The notes under the pieces are model-generated. The model was not told where the DNA came from, made no database searches, and saw nothing but the letters and a program-made list of their open reading frames with translations. Below are positions 12,925 through 29,799 of a DNA stretch of 64,000 nucleotides, piece after piece. The stretch lies in assembly GCF_009914755.1 (NCBI RefSeq), contig NC_060930.1; one strand, 5' to 3'. Every line of letters starts with the position of its first letter. Position 1 is the first letter of the stretch. The translations under genes were made by a program, and so were the position numbers. Source of the DNA: the human T2T-CHM13v2.0 reference genome, Homo sapiens.

Positions 12925-13301
12925 CTGATGACAAATGTACATACTATGAAGTTCAATAATAAATAAACTGAAAAAAATAGGGTAACTCCCATAAAAGCCA
13001 CACACTAGTGTATGAAGCCAATTAAAGATGATGATATAAATTCCACATGTTAGGAAACTGGAACCTGAGCAACCTTCTTAACATGAAAGGAGATATCACC
13101 TCTATACCTCTGGGTTTAAAGCTTTAATCTCAAAATAATATTAGGACAATCAGAGACTATACTTAATACAGAAAAAGCTTTAAAAAAAAACTAAGCAAAC
13201 AAAATACTCTTTCCAATATTTAAGTTAACATAAATGAGTGCCTTTAAATCATAAAGGAAAATAATGGCTTAAAACATTAAACCTTTAAAGATGGAAAAAG
13301 C

Positions 13302-13618
<317 letters not shown>

Positions 13619-13698
13619 TCAAATTTCTGCTCATTTTCAGGTTTCATGGTAAAGAAAAAGTATCTCATTCTTTTTCAAGGCCGTTAAGAAAGCAAATG

Positions 13699-13994
<296 letters not shown>

Positions 13995-14270
13995 AAAGAA
14001 AGCAAATGGGGCAAAATGGGCTTGTTCTCCTTTCACAATTTAATTGCTTGGTTTTTCTCATTGAAATAATTTGACTGTGACTTGGGACTAAACTGCACAT
14101 TGCATTTTGTACTTTGTTTCATAACTTAATTTTTATGTCACTGAAACAGATTTTAAAAAGCCTTTATTACTTTCATAAGGCTGACTTCAAAAAGGGGCAA
14201 AATACTGTGTTTCAAAATACATTATAATTAGTGAGGAAAGAAAGGTGAGCCCATGGACAGTGGAAACTAC

Positions 14271-14489
14271 CTTGTTGTTAAAGCCCGTCCACTCATCCAC
14301 TGCATCTTCCAGGATCTTCTCCTGGTCCTGGGCCACAGCTCGAAGGCGTGTCCAGCGCTGCCAGACGGTGGTCATTGACCTGCTCAGGGTGGCTTTGCTG
14401 GCATCATTTCCGGTTTTCTCCAGTTGTGAAGCTTTTTCCTCAAGGGCCACAATTTTCTCATGGAAAGAGTTAACCACTGACACTAAAGC
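14271..14489 (-). CDS. SYNE1: SYNE1 exon ~81 (ALVSVVNS...GFNNK), 219 nt
   Basis: ccctag|GCT ... AAG|gtagtt. Confidence 0.92.
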
Positions 14490-15144
14490 CTAGGGTTGGG
14501 GGTGGAGGACGGAAGAGAGGAGACAAGGGAGAGATCAATTTAATTTTATAAAGTTCTATGGATCTTGGTAAAGCCCAAAATTCCTGCAAAAGGAAATGTT
14601 TCTACATACGTTTATTCTCCTCTAGGTACTCTTACTTTTATGTTTATTTTTTAACCAGAGTGAGTCTTAAAGCTTTTTAAAGAGGTAAGGTGAATATTAT
14701 TTATTTATTAAAAACAAAAGTGTATTTTGCTACTTGAGATGACATTTTTTTCATTTTTAAAAAGCAGCACAAATGCAAGTGAACCAAATGCAATATTTTA
14801 GTATGTTACATTTTTTCCTTATATTGCTCTGATAAAGGGAGACTCAGTTATTAACGTTTTAGTTTTATTTAATCTGTTATCAACAAAAAGTATTCACTGA
14901 CATTTATTAAGTGCCACATCTTATCGGAAGCAAATTGCTCTGAACATCTTAGCTATGCATTTCCAATGGGAATCCTAAAAGGTAATAGCATTTAATAAAC
15001 TTAAAACTTCTATAAAATGTTGTTAAATGCATCCTTATCACATTGAAAAAAGTCCAGGTAGAAATGAAGATTTATTGATCATGTTGCAAAGACTCATTAT
15101 AATTATAGAAAAAGGATTTTTTTTAAATGGCCCAAAACTCTGAC

Positions 15145-15289
15145 CTTGTGTTCTGACAATTTTTCTTCCGCTTCATGACTAGACGAAGTCTTCAACAAAG
15201 AAAACTCAGACAATTTCTTTTCTGTATCATTCATCAATTCAATAACCTCTTCCCTTGCTTTCTGGTAATCGTGCCATTGAGCTGTGCAT
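15145..15289 (-). CDS. SYNE1: SYNE1 exon ~80 ((R)CTAQWHD...LSEHK), 145 nt
   Basis: tttcaag|A TGC ... AAG|gtcaga. Confidence 0.92.
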
Positions 15290-15482
15290 CTTGAAAGAGT
15301 CCAACAGAAACTGATAAGTAGCACGAAATCACGTATTTCTACACGAAGCTCTGGTGTCAGTATGTCTAATGATACTCAGGGAAAAATGAATTTACGTGCT
15401 AATGTATATCATTCGTGTATTACTACTTTCAGTGTGGAAATTCATTTCACTAAAACATAAAACACAAAACATCCTGAAATAC

Positions 15483-15820
15483 CTCTGCAAGAGATCCACT
15501 TGGGCACCAGAGTCCCGGCTCATCCTCTGGCTCCTGAGTTCCAGAGAAGCCACTTTCTGTTCTAGGTCTTCTTTGCCGGTTGGCTTGATGAGTGGGTCCA
15601 GGGTGGCTACCAGGCTGTGGAGCTCCTCCAGGTTACTATGGAACTGATCCTCTGTACTGAAAAATTCCATGTGGCTTTTGAGATTTTCCTCTGCGCTCTC
15701 CACGTCTAGGCCATTGCCTGCCAGCTGTAACAATTCTTGGGCATCCTCAAGCCAGTCATTGGCTGCTTGAAATACCTGATAATACCTTTGACACTGGCTA
15801 TATATTTCAGTCAAGGTAGC
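15483..15820 (-). CDS. SYNE1: SYNE1 exon ~79 (ATLTEIYS...DLLQ), 338 nt
   Basis: ttttcag|GCT ... CAG AG|gtattt. Confidence 0.93.
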
Positions 15821-16197
15821 CTGAAAAACAGCAATTGCAAACATAATCAACTCTCCTTTGCAATGTGTTTGCAGGAAAGAGTTTTATTCACTCATTTGTT
15901 TTCCAGTCCTTAGTCTCATGGGCGTATGTGTGTAAGTGCATTGATAAGTTAGTGGAATATTTTTGTGGTGCCATCATCATTATCCTTGATTTTTCCTTCT
16001 GCTATTCTTGTTATAATTTTATTACTGCCATTAAATTAAATAATAAGGACAGAAATGGGATAGAAATTTATGTCAGTATCTTGACTAGTTCTGAAACTTC
16101 CCTCTCTAAGAAATAATATGATGCTTAGTAATATGTGGCAGACTGGATGTTTATCAAAGTGCAGTAATGTCTCCGTTGGTTAGAAGTATAACAACAC

Positions 16198-16483
16198 GGC
16201 CAGGCGTGCTGGCTCATGACTGTAATCTCAGCACTTTGGGAGGCTGAGGGAGGCAGATCACTTGAGGCCAGGAGTTTGAGACCAGCCTGGCTAACATGGT
16301 GAAACCGTGTCTCTACTAAAAATACGAAAATTAGCTGAGTGTGGTGGCACATGCCTGTAACAGCTACTTGGGAGGTTGAGGCACAAGAATTGCTTGAACC
16401 TGAGAGGCAGAGGTTGCAGTGAGCTGAGATCGTTTCACTGCACCCCAGACTCTGTCTCTCAAAAAACAAACAAACAAACAAAC
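16198..16483 (+). mobile_element. Alu SINE
   Basis: Alu consensus with (AAAC)n tail. Confidence 0.9.
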
Positions 16484-17533
16484 ATGGAAAGGAAAAGAAA
16501 AGAAAAAAAAAAGAAATATAGCAACATCAAACTTCCAAACTGGCATTTACCAGACCACAGAGCCACAGAGTAATTTCTGGAAGCGAAATAGTAACCTGTG
16601 AGTCTTGTATACAGACTAAAATAGAAAAGTTGAAAAGTTTAAGTCTGGATGGCTGGTCCATTCAATTCCAGAAGGAAAAGAAACACTCTAACCAGCCATC
16701 AATGACTAGACAAGATAAGCCGCAACTGTGCAAGCGAAGATGCATAGAAAAGGTAGAGAAAGTACCCATAAGATGAGCACCAATTAGGGAAAGAACAGGG
16801 ACAGCAAAGCATAGAATCAGCGGAGGGAATAAGAAATGCCCCAGGAACCATGACCTTTAGTTATTTGGACCAAGATAATCAATAAGACAAGATGGCACAA
16901 GCAGAGACATCTTAGTAGATTTAAGAGTTTGGTTCAAAACTCACCAAAAGAAGCAAGCTTACCTGACAAATGTTTTTCAAGAATGAAAATTTCTGCTAAC
17001 TTCTGTTCTTACTCTACATTCTAGATTCTATATCTCTATTTATACTAATAGCGCTAGAAAAATAGTTTAAAATTTGTATAAGCAATAGCCTTGAATCAAC
17101 ATGAAAAGGTTAAAGTGTACTAGTTTTTAGTTTAAAAAGTCAGAATTTTAAGAAGTTTATTATGATTTTATCCAATATTAAAATTTTTACTATTTAAAGT
17201 GTTAACCTTAACCTCTGCAGAAAATATAGTTAAATGAGAGCTAAGATTCATCTGAGGTTACTTCGTGTCAGACCCAATGCTAAGAAGATAAACCTAATAA
17301 AAGAATCATTAATATCTCTCTTCTACAAAGAGGGACAGAGCCTTATAGGATGTCATTTTCCTGAGATCAAATAGCTGCCATTAAAACTCAGATGTGCCCT
17401 CCTCCCAGGCTATAGCTGCTGTATTATCCTGACGAAAGCTATCCTTTACCTAAAGGGTTGGTTGACATCTCCTAGAATCACAGGGACTAAAGACAGACAT
17501 GGAGAAAATGGGCCAAGAAGTTAAAGGAAGTAA

Positions 17534-17911
<378 letters not shown>

Positions 17912-18405
17912 TGAATGCACAGAACTTGCAAGCCCCAGAGCAAGCTGCAATTAGGCCAATCTGGGAAGTTTTGTACATGCTCCCATTTCTTTTTGTTATC
18001 CCCAAGTCAAGTAATTACGAGTATTCTAGTCTTTCTTCTGCTGTGCTACAGGGAAGCAGGAGAAGGACAGCACTCATCCCCACAGAGGGGGTGAAGAGAT
18101 GGGGCAACTAATGGGATACCCCACAAAAATGTGGCTTATTGGCAAGGTCAGGGCTGCATTGTCTGCCTCTCTCCATTTAGACTCTTCATCTAGCAGGTGA
18201 TTTTAGAAATACCAGCCTTCACATTGTTTACAAAGGGCATCACTAATTATTCATGGTTAATCAGTTGTACTATCCATGTACTAATATATAATATTAATTA
18301 TGTTACTAATACCATTTATCATCTCTTTTAAGGTGAGAAATCACTGAGGCATCACTGTTATAAGCAAAGTGAAGTCAAGATGGAAACCACACAAAATGAA
18401 TATCA

Positions 18406-18772
<367 letters not shown>

Positions 18773-18916
18773 TTAAGTCACTGCTGAAGATGCTTCTGTG
18801 TAGTATTTCGAAAGAAATATTTAAAGAAGCAATTATAACCAAGCAAACGAATTTCTTGTACCTGTTTACAAATAAGCAGAGTGGAAAAAAGAGAAGTGAA
18901 GTCCTATTATACCCAC

Positions 18917-21077
18917 CTGTCTGGTGCGTAAGGCTTCCTGGATGTCTCCATCCAGCTCTGAGAGCTCAGCGAGGCTGTGTTCTAAATCCGCAGAAATCAG
19001 CTCCTTGGCCTTTGTGAACTTCTCCTTTTCCTTGTGACTCAGCGCATTCATGATTCTCAAGCTGGACTGGACCTCTTCCTGATGAATTTGGATTTTTCTG
19101 ATTTCCTCTTGGATGTCCTGCAGGTTGAGGTCTAGGTACACCGGCCCACTGAGCTCTGCCTTCACTCTCCTCAGCCAGTCCAGGGAGCGACTCATCTCAG
19201 TCTGGAAGTCTATACTCTGCACCATTCGGCTCTCACATTCTGTCACCGTCTCACCAATGGCAGAAGTCAACAGTTTTAACTCCCCTTGCCAGGACTGGAT
19301 CTGATGCCTGGCTTTCTCATAAGCCAAGGGGTCAAGGTGTGGGGCAAGATCTTCAAGATGTATGGTTACTCGTTTCAGTACAATCCCTGAGTCCTGGAGA
19401 CTTCCTGCCAGGGAGTGATACATTTTGAGCTTCTCCTCTGCAGGCAGCGTTTCCTCATTCACTTTGGACTGCTCCTCTTTTACAGACTTCAGTTGTCTCT
19501 CCAGCTGTTGGCACATCTTCTCGTGTTCTTGGTAAGCACTGGTGGTGTCTTCTAATAAGCTAACCCTCTGTTCTGTTTGTCGCTTCAGCCTGTGATATAA
19601 GGTGACAAGGTGCAGCATCTTGTCTGGCTGCCAAGGCTGACCTGTGCTGCGAAAACCTTCTTTTTTCTGGTTCAGTTCATCCACCGCCTCCCCAAGGCCC
19701 GCCACCTCGTCCAGAATGGCTCTGCAACCATCTTGCAGAGAAAGAGCCTCCTCAACGGCCAGGTCGGTGGGAACTTTGCTCATCCTCAAGAATTGGGCTT
19801 CAAGTTCACTCAGAGACTGGGTTGTCAACTCAATCAAGGAAGCATATTCCTTCCGAGCAAGAATTGCTTCCTGGACTTTATAGAACTTGTCTTTAGCCAA
19901 GGCAACAATTACATTAAATTGTCGAGGCAAAGCATTTAGCTTTTCACTGAGGTAGGAATGATCGACTTCATTCAGCGATGGTAATATGGTCTGCCCAGTT
20001 CTCTGCAGCGTAAGTAGAAGATTTTCATATTCTGGAGATTGTTCAAGAATGTTTTGGTATTTAGCCAGTTGTGTATGAAGCTCAGAACTCTCATTCATTA
20101 GGTTGATTTCAGGAAATGTAACAATATCTGCTTGTTTTAGCCAGTGGCAAGCTTTATCAAAATCTTCCTTAAAATGCTTCCTAGAAACCAAATTCTTCTC
20201 TAGTTCTTGTAACCGGTGACTGCACTTTTGTAAAACACTGTCATAGACACTCTGCAATTCCTGAAGCTTCCCCAGCACTTCACTCTTTTCCTGCTCTGTG
20301 ACTTCCTTCATTAGTTCGCGACCCTGGGCCCAAAGTCCAGTGACTTCATTTTGGTAAGTCTTGAGGCTGGCTTGTGCACTCTTACATGTTTTGACTTGTT
20401 TGCTCACATCATCTGGTAACAGACAGATGTGTTCACGGAACATTATCTTTCGCTCATGTTGCTGAATTTGGCTGGTGGCCTGGAACACTGCCATGAGAAA
20501 CTGGGTTTTCTCGGACAAGGCTTTGTTTAAGTACTTTCTTCGCTGGCCCACTAAGTCACTGAGACAATTCACGTGGCTTTGTGCATCAGAGAGAGCCTTC
20601 TGGATGACCTGTCGCTCATTGAGACCAAGATCTGCCATGACCCTGTCTGCGTCCTTTATAAGCGATTTCAGGAGCATCTGCTTGGCCTCCAGTTCACTGC
20701 AGATGGCCAGGTGATCCATGAGAAGGTTCTGAGCCATATCTGGAGGAGGGCTCTGCTTAAGGGCCTCGGCGATGTTGGGTTGTTGCTCTTCTGCCCACTC
20801 CATTAGCTCCTGAAATCTGGACTGCACCACATTTAACTCCTCCAAGTTGGTGACTGACACTTGGATTTTCCTTTTAATGAGGTCCTCAAGCTGAAACCAA
20901 CGTTGCTCTAAATGACTCGTCTGTTCTTTGACTAACTCCTTGTCATCTAAATTCAGATGCTCTATCATTTTCTGCTTTTGATCTTTCAGATCTTCAATAG
21001 CATACTTTCTCTCCTGCAATGCCAATGCTAACTTTTTCAAAGCTTCCAGGTGGACAGCTGTACTCTCTGCATCAGAT
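18917..21077 (-). CDS. SYNE1: SYNE1 giant exon ~78 ((R)SDAESTAV...LRTRQ), 2161 nt
   Basis: ttttcag|A TCT ... CAG|gtgggt; 724-aa ORF 18866..21040 of tandem spectrin repeats. Confidence 0.96.
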
Positions 21078-21166
21078 CTGAAAATACATGGAAAGGTATA
21101 AGAGCAAATTAGCTGTAGTCAATATCGATGTTTGTTCATACTATGCTAAATTACACTTCACCATTT

Positions 21167-21460
21167 TCTTTTTGGAGACTGAGTTTTGCTCTTGTTTCCC
21201 AGGCTGGAGTGCAATGAATGCTCTGATCTCAGCTCACGGCAACCTCCGCCTCCCAGGTTCAAGCGATTCTCCTGCCTCAGCCTCCCAAGTAGCTGAGATT
21301 ACAGGCATGTGCCACCATGCTCGGCTAATTTTCTATTTTTAGTAGAGACAGGGTTTCACCATGTTGGTCAGGCTGGTCTCTAACTCCTGACCTCAGGTGA
21401 TCCACCTGCCTCAGCCTCCCAAAGTGCTAGGATTACAGGCATGAGCCACTACTCCTGGCT
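21167..21460 (-). mobile_element. AluS SINE
   Basis: TSD acacttcaccattt. Confidence 0.92.
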
Positions 21461-22796
21461 GACACTTCACCATTTCTTTAAGTGGATCTTCTGAGCTTAG
21501 AACAATTGAGAGTAGTTCAATTCATGGTTTGTTGACAGAAGTGCTATAATTATGGAATACAAGTCTCATCAGAAGTCAATACTAGAAGTTGAATCAAACC
21601 AAGTTGCCTACTTCTTTCTGGCTGATAATGCCTTCCAATCAAATCAGAATATGCTTTTATCTTCCTCTGGCTCTTATCAACTGAGCAGAATCTATATGGT
21701 AACAGGATCCTTGGATGTTTTGTGTAATGTTAAACAGTGAGAAGCACTGATCTAGTGTACTCTAGAAAATGATACTGAAAGAAATTAATAAGTGATGCAT
21801 GATTTATGTGCTTTCTTTTGTGAAGAGGGTCCAACAAACAATATAGTTCTAGGTAGTACAATCTGTAAGGTATAACCAACAGATCTAATGGCTACTTAAT
21901 TGTGTACTTGGATATTTTTTGCTTATCATTAGTAATCTTTAGTAATAAGTGTGAAATGTAAAGAATTCTCATCCCTTTGACTATGAAGCACACATAAAAA
22001 ATGGAATATTGTAGTCTTTTTTACTAAATGATCAGTTCTGAAGTATGAAAAGCAGGGTTGGGAGGCAGTATGAGGAGTTCTGTTTTGGACCTGTTAAGTC
22101 TCAGGTGTCTGTGGGGCCTACTGTGAGCCAGAAATATGAGTTGTTAATATTTACTGGACTAATCCCAAAGACGAGTAAATGTTAAGTATCAAAGAAAAGC
22201 AAACAAACCAGAAAATGGTATACCAAAAAAACCCCAAATCCCCACTATGATTTCATGATATCTAGAACAATATTTGCAGTTTTCTTTGCTGTAAACTAGT
22301 AAATCGGTGCAGAAGAAGTGTAGATTTTAACAATTATAGTGATCAAAAGTATGGAATGGTTTCATATAATGATCCAGTATGTGTGTGTGTGTTCTTATTT
22401 TTCAAAGAAGAAAGCTAAGAGGGGTTCAATAACTACAAAATCACAAAAGACACAAATTAACTGAATTTCTAAACTCTTGTAAGAAAAAAACCTGACTGAA
22501 TTACACAGAATGCATTCATTACCTTATAGACTTGATAAGAAACTAGGGAGCATATAGGTTCAAGAAGGATTCATTTCATGAATTCATAGATGATATCCCA
22601 TAACTTGTAATTAAACAAAATTAGAAATATTTTTAGAATATTCTTTGAGGTCACAGAGAAAATGGTACCATTTTCAAACATTTCTCTTTTACCCACTGGT
22701 TAAATCAATATCGAGCTAGGAAAACCATGACTCTATATCCATTTGAAAACGTTAGGTTCATAATGATGTTCTACTTACCAATATTAATAATAATAA

Positions 22797-23118
<322 letters not shown>

Positions 23119-23194
23119 CACATTTTAAATTTTTATAGATATTAAGAAATGTCTGGCTTAGCATTTTGGTGACCCATGGGAGAATTTCTGTTAC

Positions 23195-23460
23195 CTGGCC
23201 AAGTTATCCCATTCTGTAGTAAATTTTTCTAGGAACACTTCAACAACATTCATACAGTCATGGTAATCTCTTGTTCTCTGAAGATCCTCTTCCCTTTGCA
23301 AGCACAGGTTGTTAGACTGACGGCACAAATCGAGCCACTGATCATTTAAATGATTTATTTCCTTGTGTTCAGGCGATTCCTCCTTCTTTGTTAACTTATT
23401 CACCTTTTCTATTATGGTGTTCACGGATGCCTGTTTGCTCTGTAGTTTCTTAACAAAATC
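23195..23460 (-). CDS. SYNE1: SYNE1 exon ~77 (DFVKKLQS...WDNLA), 266 nt
   Basis: cctttag|GAT ... GCC AG|gtaaca. Confidence 0.93.
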
Positions 23461-23839
23461 CTAAAGGATAACAGCAACAAAAAATATGTAATGTGTTAAG
23501 AAATGCCCAAATAAATATAGAGAGCAACACAGACATAAGACCTTTAAACACTCTAAGTTCCTTAATATGAAAAAAACTGAAGAATGTATAATAAGTTATG
23601 GGAAACAAAGAGAAAATCTAAAAATCACCATACCTCTTTATGAACGTTAATTCCCACGTGTGCAAGATTCAGGGTAGCTGTGGTATATTCTTTTATTGTA
23701 CTATTCCAAGAGGCATAAAGAAAAACTAATACATGTGAAACATTACAGTCATTAATGAAAAAAGTCATTATCTTACCTTGAAGTGCGGCCTTTGTTTTCT
23801 AAGAATTTTTAAGGAGTTCATGTTTTTCAAAATTTATTC

Positions 23840-24081
23840 TTAAACTAAGGGTGCTTTTATTCTCAAGACATCAGGACATTAGGACATTTCCTAGGTCTGC
23901 TAAGTCCTGGATATGTCAAGTTCTGGATCTGTTCAGTAAACATTATTAACCTGTTCCCTTAACTAAATATCCTGTGACTAAGAATGCCTAACTTTCTGGG
24001 AATGCAGCCCAGCAGGTCTCAGCCTCATTTTACCCAGCCCCTATTCAAGATGGAGTCGCTCTGGTTTGAACGCCTCTGACG
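23840..24081 (-). mobile_element. MER41-family LTR fragment (5' U3 part)
   Basis: Minus strand GTCAGAGGCGTTCAAACCAGAGCGACTCCATCTTGAATAGGGGCTGGGTAAAATGAGG; paralogous to 2400-2622. Confidence 0.8.
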
Positions 24082-24856
24082 GAAACCTTCCAAATGTCAG
24101 AGACAAGGCAAAGTAGCTTGGGTCACCAGGTGGGCAGTGGTGTTATGTACAGAGTTGGGGAAGGCTGGAGTACATTCGCAAAGTGGAAAGGCAATGGTTT
24201 AGATTCATCTACTCCCTGCATACACAGCAAAAAGAAACCTCTAAGATACCATCTCTGCCAGCCCAATATGTGGCCAGAGGATCATTTCTTTGGATAGTGT
24301 TTCCTCCAAGGGGTTGGTTCATGGACTTCCATACTTCCCCACTGCTCACTCCCATTGCCATTTACTCCCACTACCCAAAAAACACCTCTTAAATCCCCTG
24401 ACTGATATATGAAATTTTGTCCTTAAAGCTAGGTTCAATCACAATTAAAATGTTAACAAGAGTATCATCTTGAATGTTTTTATTATGTGTATATCTAAAA
24501 CAAATACAGCAAAATATTGGCATTGTTTATTATCTCTGAATGGTAGTATCATAAGTGATTGTGATTTAAATTTGCTTATTAAGACATTTCTGTATTTTCT
24601 AAGCCTTTTATAATAAACAAAACTTTTCTTATAAAATACATTTTAAAAAATTAAATTTCTAGGATGGTTCACAAATTTTTTTAAAAAAGAGTTCATGCTT
24701 CTGAGAAAAAATAAATCTTATTATCCCGATCCCTATTCTCTTTTTTCTCTGTACTTGCAAACAGCACTCCAGTAGACAATATATTATTATTGACTCATAA
24801 TCACAGAGAAAAAACATCTTTAAGTTTATTTAAAATCTGACCCAACTTCCAATTAA

Positions 24857-25219
<363 letters not shown>

Positions 25220-25563
25220 TAATACAAACTGCATTTATATTATACTTTAAATTAATTACATATAGCTCAAATATATAACTAATGAATTGATAAGCTTACA
25301 GTCCTACAGTTTTAGCATAATATGGTGATGAAAATCTAAAAAAAGAATAATGTTCCATGTTTGCTTAGTCACAGAGTTTTCTGACTAAGCAGTCTACTCT
25401 GTAGACTAAATCACACCTGCTTTTCTCAGGAATAATGTAGAGTATGAATGTCTTCTGATGAAAGTGGCCATCTGAAGCTTCAGTAATATATTTGAATGTC
25501 TACTTTATAATCTGTTTTCCCTGGCACCAAATGATGTTTGTTCAGATTTGCTATTCCTTAAAG

Positions 25564-25895
25564 CAGCGGTCCCCAAACTTTTTGGCACCTGGGATGGGTT
25601 TTGTGGAAAACAATTTTTCCGTGAATGGGGCTGGAGGGGGATGGTTTCAGGATGAAGCTGTTCCACCTCAAATCATCAGATATTAGTTAGATTATCATAA
25701 GGAGCATGCAACCTAGATCCCTTGCATGCGCAGTTCACAGTAGGGTTTGCACTCCTATGAGAATCTGATGTGGCCTCTGATCTGACAGGAGGTGGAGTTC
25801 AGGCATTAATGCTTGCTCGCCTCCCACTGTGCGGCCAGGTTCCTAACAGGACATGGACTTGTGCTTGTCCATAACCTGGGGCTTGGGGACCTCTG
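25564..25895. mobile_element. MER1B-like hAT-Charlie MITE
   Basis: TIRs cagcggtcccca / tggggacctctg; perfect 8-bp TSD ccttaaag; 332 bp. Confidence 0.85.
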
Positions 25896-26027
25896 CCTTA
25901 AAGAGTTGTATTAATGTCTAAGGATTGACAGACACTCAGGCATATTGAAGTGAATACACTGAACACATTTCAGGTTTTCTACTCTGTTGGCCTCTTTTAT
26001 CTCCCTTGGGGGCAAATTAATTCCCAC

Positions 26028-26204
26028 CTTAACTTGTGAAACCATGTTCTGTGCAATGTTCAGCTCCAGCTCAGAGTGCCTCCTCTTCATGTTCTGCAGT
26101 TGCTGATCAGCATCTTGCAGGTAAATCCAGAGCTCAGACTTCAGGTGCTTGATCTCTTCCCAGCCCTGAGTTAAGTTCTGGGCCTGGACAAGCTTTTGTT
26201 CAAT
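26028..26204 (-). CDS. SYNE1: SYNE1 exon ~76 (IEQKLVQA...VSQVK), 177 nt
   Basis: ctcaag|ATT ... AAG|gtggga; hand-translated open frame. Confidence 0.92.
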
Positions 26205-26478
26205 CTTGAGAAAACACAGAGATAAAAGTTAGCAACCATACATGGAAACATTTATGGTTAATGAATCAGAGATGGAACTTTCCAGCTGGCCTGTGCACTC
26301 ATTTGACACACACATACACACGCAAACTCACACACACAAATACATAAATTTAAAAAGTACTTCTTTATTTGCTTCAGGAAAAGCAGATTTTTTTTAAAAA
26401 AATGTAGGGTTCCTAAAGACTTTAAATGTCTACAAGTTATGCTATATGGTTTTAATCAGTGTTGTGAAACTCTAATAA

Positions 26479-26774
<296 letters not shown>

Positions 26775-27052
26775 GAAACTCTAATAAGTTTTATCAATGT
26801 ATTAGGTCTAAAGCTGCTCTGATGGTTTTTCCCATTGGGCATTTCAGTAGATTCATCTGTATGACTCATGAATTTGGTGTTAAGGTTAACTAGAAAAGAC
26901 TTCTGTTATTCTCTGTTGCACATTTGTTCATCTGTCTTACAACATGCTGAATTATTAATGTTTTGGATATGTCTTTGATCTGCTTCACTGGTTTTTGAAG
27001 CTGTGTAATTTGTTTCAATAAATCATTTCTGTAAAAATAAATGGGTTACATT

Positions 27053-27454
<402 letters not shown>

Positions 27455-27483
27455 TTACTGTTCTGTGAATATTTAATAAATTA

Positions 27484-27840
<357 letters not shown>

Positions 27841-28427
27841 CCAAATGTGTTTCATGGAAGAGTTTAAGGCTGCAGTGGCAGCAGCCGGGAAAATACGCCT
27901 CCAGTGCTGCCATCTGTCTGTGTGGGCCGGTACTGCTAGCTCATCATAGCCCAGACAGTTTCAAAATCCTTCTGAACACCACACTTTACCAATGAACTAG
28001 AAGGATTGTGACAGATGGCATGCTCTTTGACATCCTTGATATAATAAAGAAAGGGTCAAGAGCCCCTTTCATATTAAGTATTGCCTAAAGAAAAAGGTGG
28101 AAAAGGAGAAAAGAACAAAAAAAGGTGTGGCAAGATAGGAAAATTGAGAGAATGGTCATTAAGGAGGAGAAAAAAGAAAGGTTCTAATGGGCAGCGAATG
28201 AATGGGACTAAGTGATTCAGTCCCAATCTGATGTCATCAATGTCAGGATGTGCTTAATTTTCTATGAGTTAGCTGAAATTCAAATATCTATTTATTATAA
28301 TGGCTGTAGAACCATTACATACAGCAAGAACAAGCCAAGAGCTATTTTCTTTCAATCTCACATGAAACATTCAAGCAAGAGAATATAATAAAACAAACAA
28401 ATTCAATGTGATTTTTCATTTTCTTAC

Positions 28428-28553
28428 CGTTTGCTCTGTTTGTTGAATGTCTTTTGCTGTGGTTTTCACCGAAGCATTTGACAGGTCACACATGGAGCAA
28501 AGGAGATCTAGGTAGGTCCTTGCCTGCTCTTGCAAAGCTCTGAAGTGTTTGAC
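28428..28553 (-). CDS. SYNE1: SYNE1 exon ~75 (VKHFRALQ...QTEQT), 126 nt
   Basis: ttccag|GTC ... ACG|gtaaga; hand-translated open frame. Confidence 0.92.
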
Positions 28554-29569
28554 CTGGAAAAGGCAGTTATCAGAGTGAAAGAGATGCATCAGCTATTTAG
28601 ATAGCAAATACTTGTATCATTTGGAATATTCTGTTGACATTTCAAAAATAGTCTTGCTATGCTCAGTGTTTTCACCATTGTGTTCAAGTGACATATATTA
28701 GTGACTCACAGGAAAAAATTTAAATCACCAATGGGGATTTATTTGTCCACCATTTGCTTCTCCTTGTAAGTAAAGTATTCTGTATGGTCTGGGAAAGGGG
28801 AAAACGCAAGAAACTTCTATAATCTTTCCAGATTATTTGCTCACATGCCAGCTTATTTTCCATTCCAGAGAAAGAATTTGTAGCCTACGCTGTCCTGCCT
28901 CTTAACATGCTTTTGCATATCTTAGAGACAGAAGGCAAAGGTCCGTGAGTTGGTAGGTTTCATTGGAGTGAGGTTAAAACACAGATGTCTGGGCTTCTTT
29001 ACTTTGCAGGAGATTCATCTTGTATTATTCTCTTTCCACAAGCCCAAGAAAGGCTTCTCCAGGTGGATCTTTAATCTATTTATAGAAACAAAGAAATGTG
29101 TTTCTTTGCAGATGCGCAGATTCTACTCAGGCTCCATTTTAGATACTGGGCATAGAGCAGCCCATAAAGCAAAACCCTTGCTCCCAGGGAGTTGACATTC
29201 TTAGGAAGGAGATAAATAATATATAAATAAACAAACTTGCACTGGGATGTTTAGTAGTTTTAAATATCATGTGGGAAAATCAAGGTGCTAAGCAGATAGC
29301 GTATGAGGAAGAAGGACTGCCACTTCAGGGACAGTGTATCTCCCAGGCCCCTCTGAGGAAACGACCTGAATGCATGGCATGGCATAAGGTAAGAACATTC
29401 CAGGCAGGTGGATGTGGTGGGTAGAGAGACAGCAAATGCAAAGCCCTGAGGCTGGAGCAGAGTGAATCAGGTGTGAGCAGAGGTCGGAGGGTGGGCGGGG
29501 GCAAGTCATGGAGCCCCTTACAAGGAGAGCTGACCATACATCCCAATTTGCTGGGTTTTGTCTCTAGTC

Positions 29570-29799
29570 TAGAGTTTCTCAACTCAGAACTATTGACAGT
29601 TGACTCCAAATAATTCTTTGTTGTGGGGCTGACTTATAGCTTGCTAGAACGTCAGCAGCATCCTTCGCGTCTACCCACTTAATGCCAGCAGTGTCCCCAC
29701 CACTCCCAGTTGTAACAACCAACAACGTGTTCAGACAGTGCCAAATGTCCCTTGTAGGAGCAAAGTCACCATCTCCTCCACCCCAGTTGTGAACCACTG
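29570..29799 (-). mobile_element. MER20 hAT transposon inserted in an L2 relic
   Basis: Minus CAGTGGTTCACAACTGGGG...GGGACATTTGGCACTGTCTG; TSD c(t/g)ctagtc. Confidence 0.8.
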
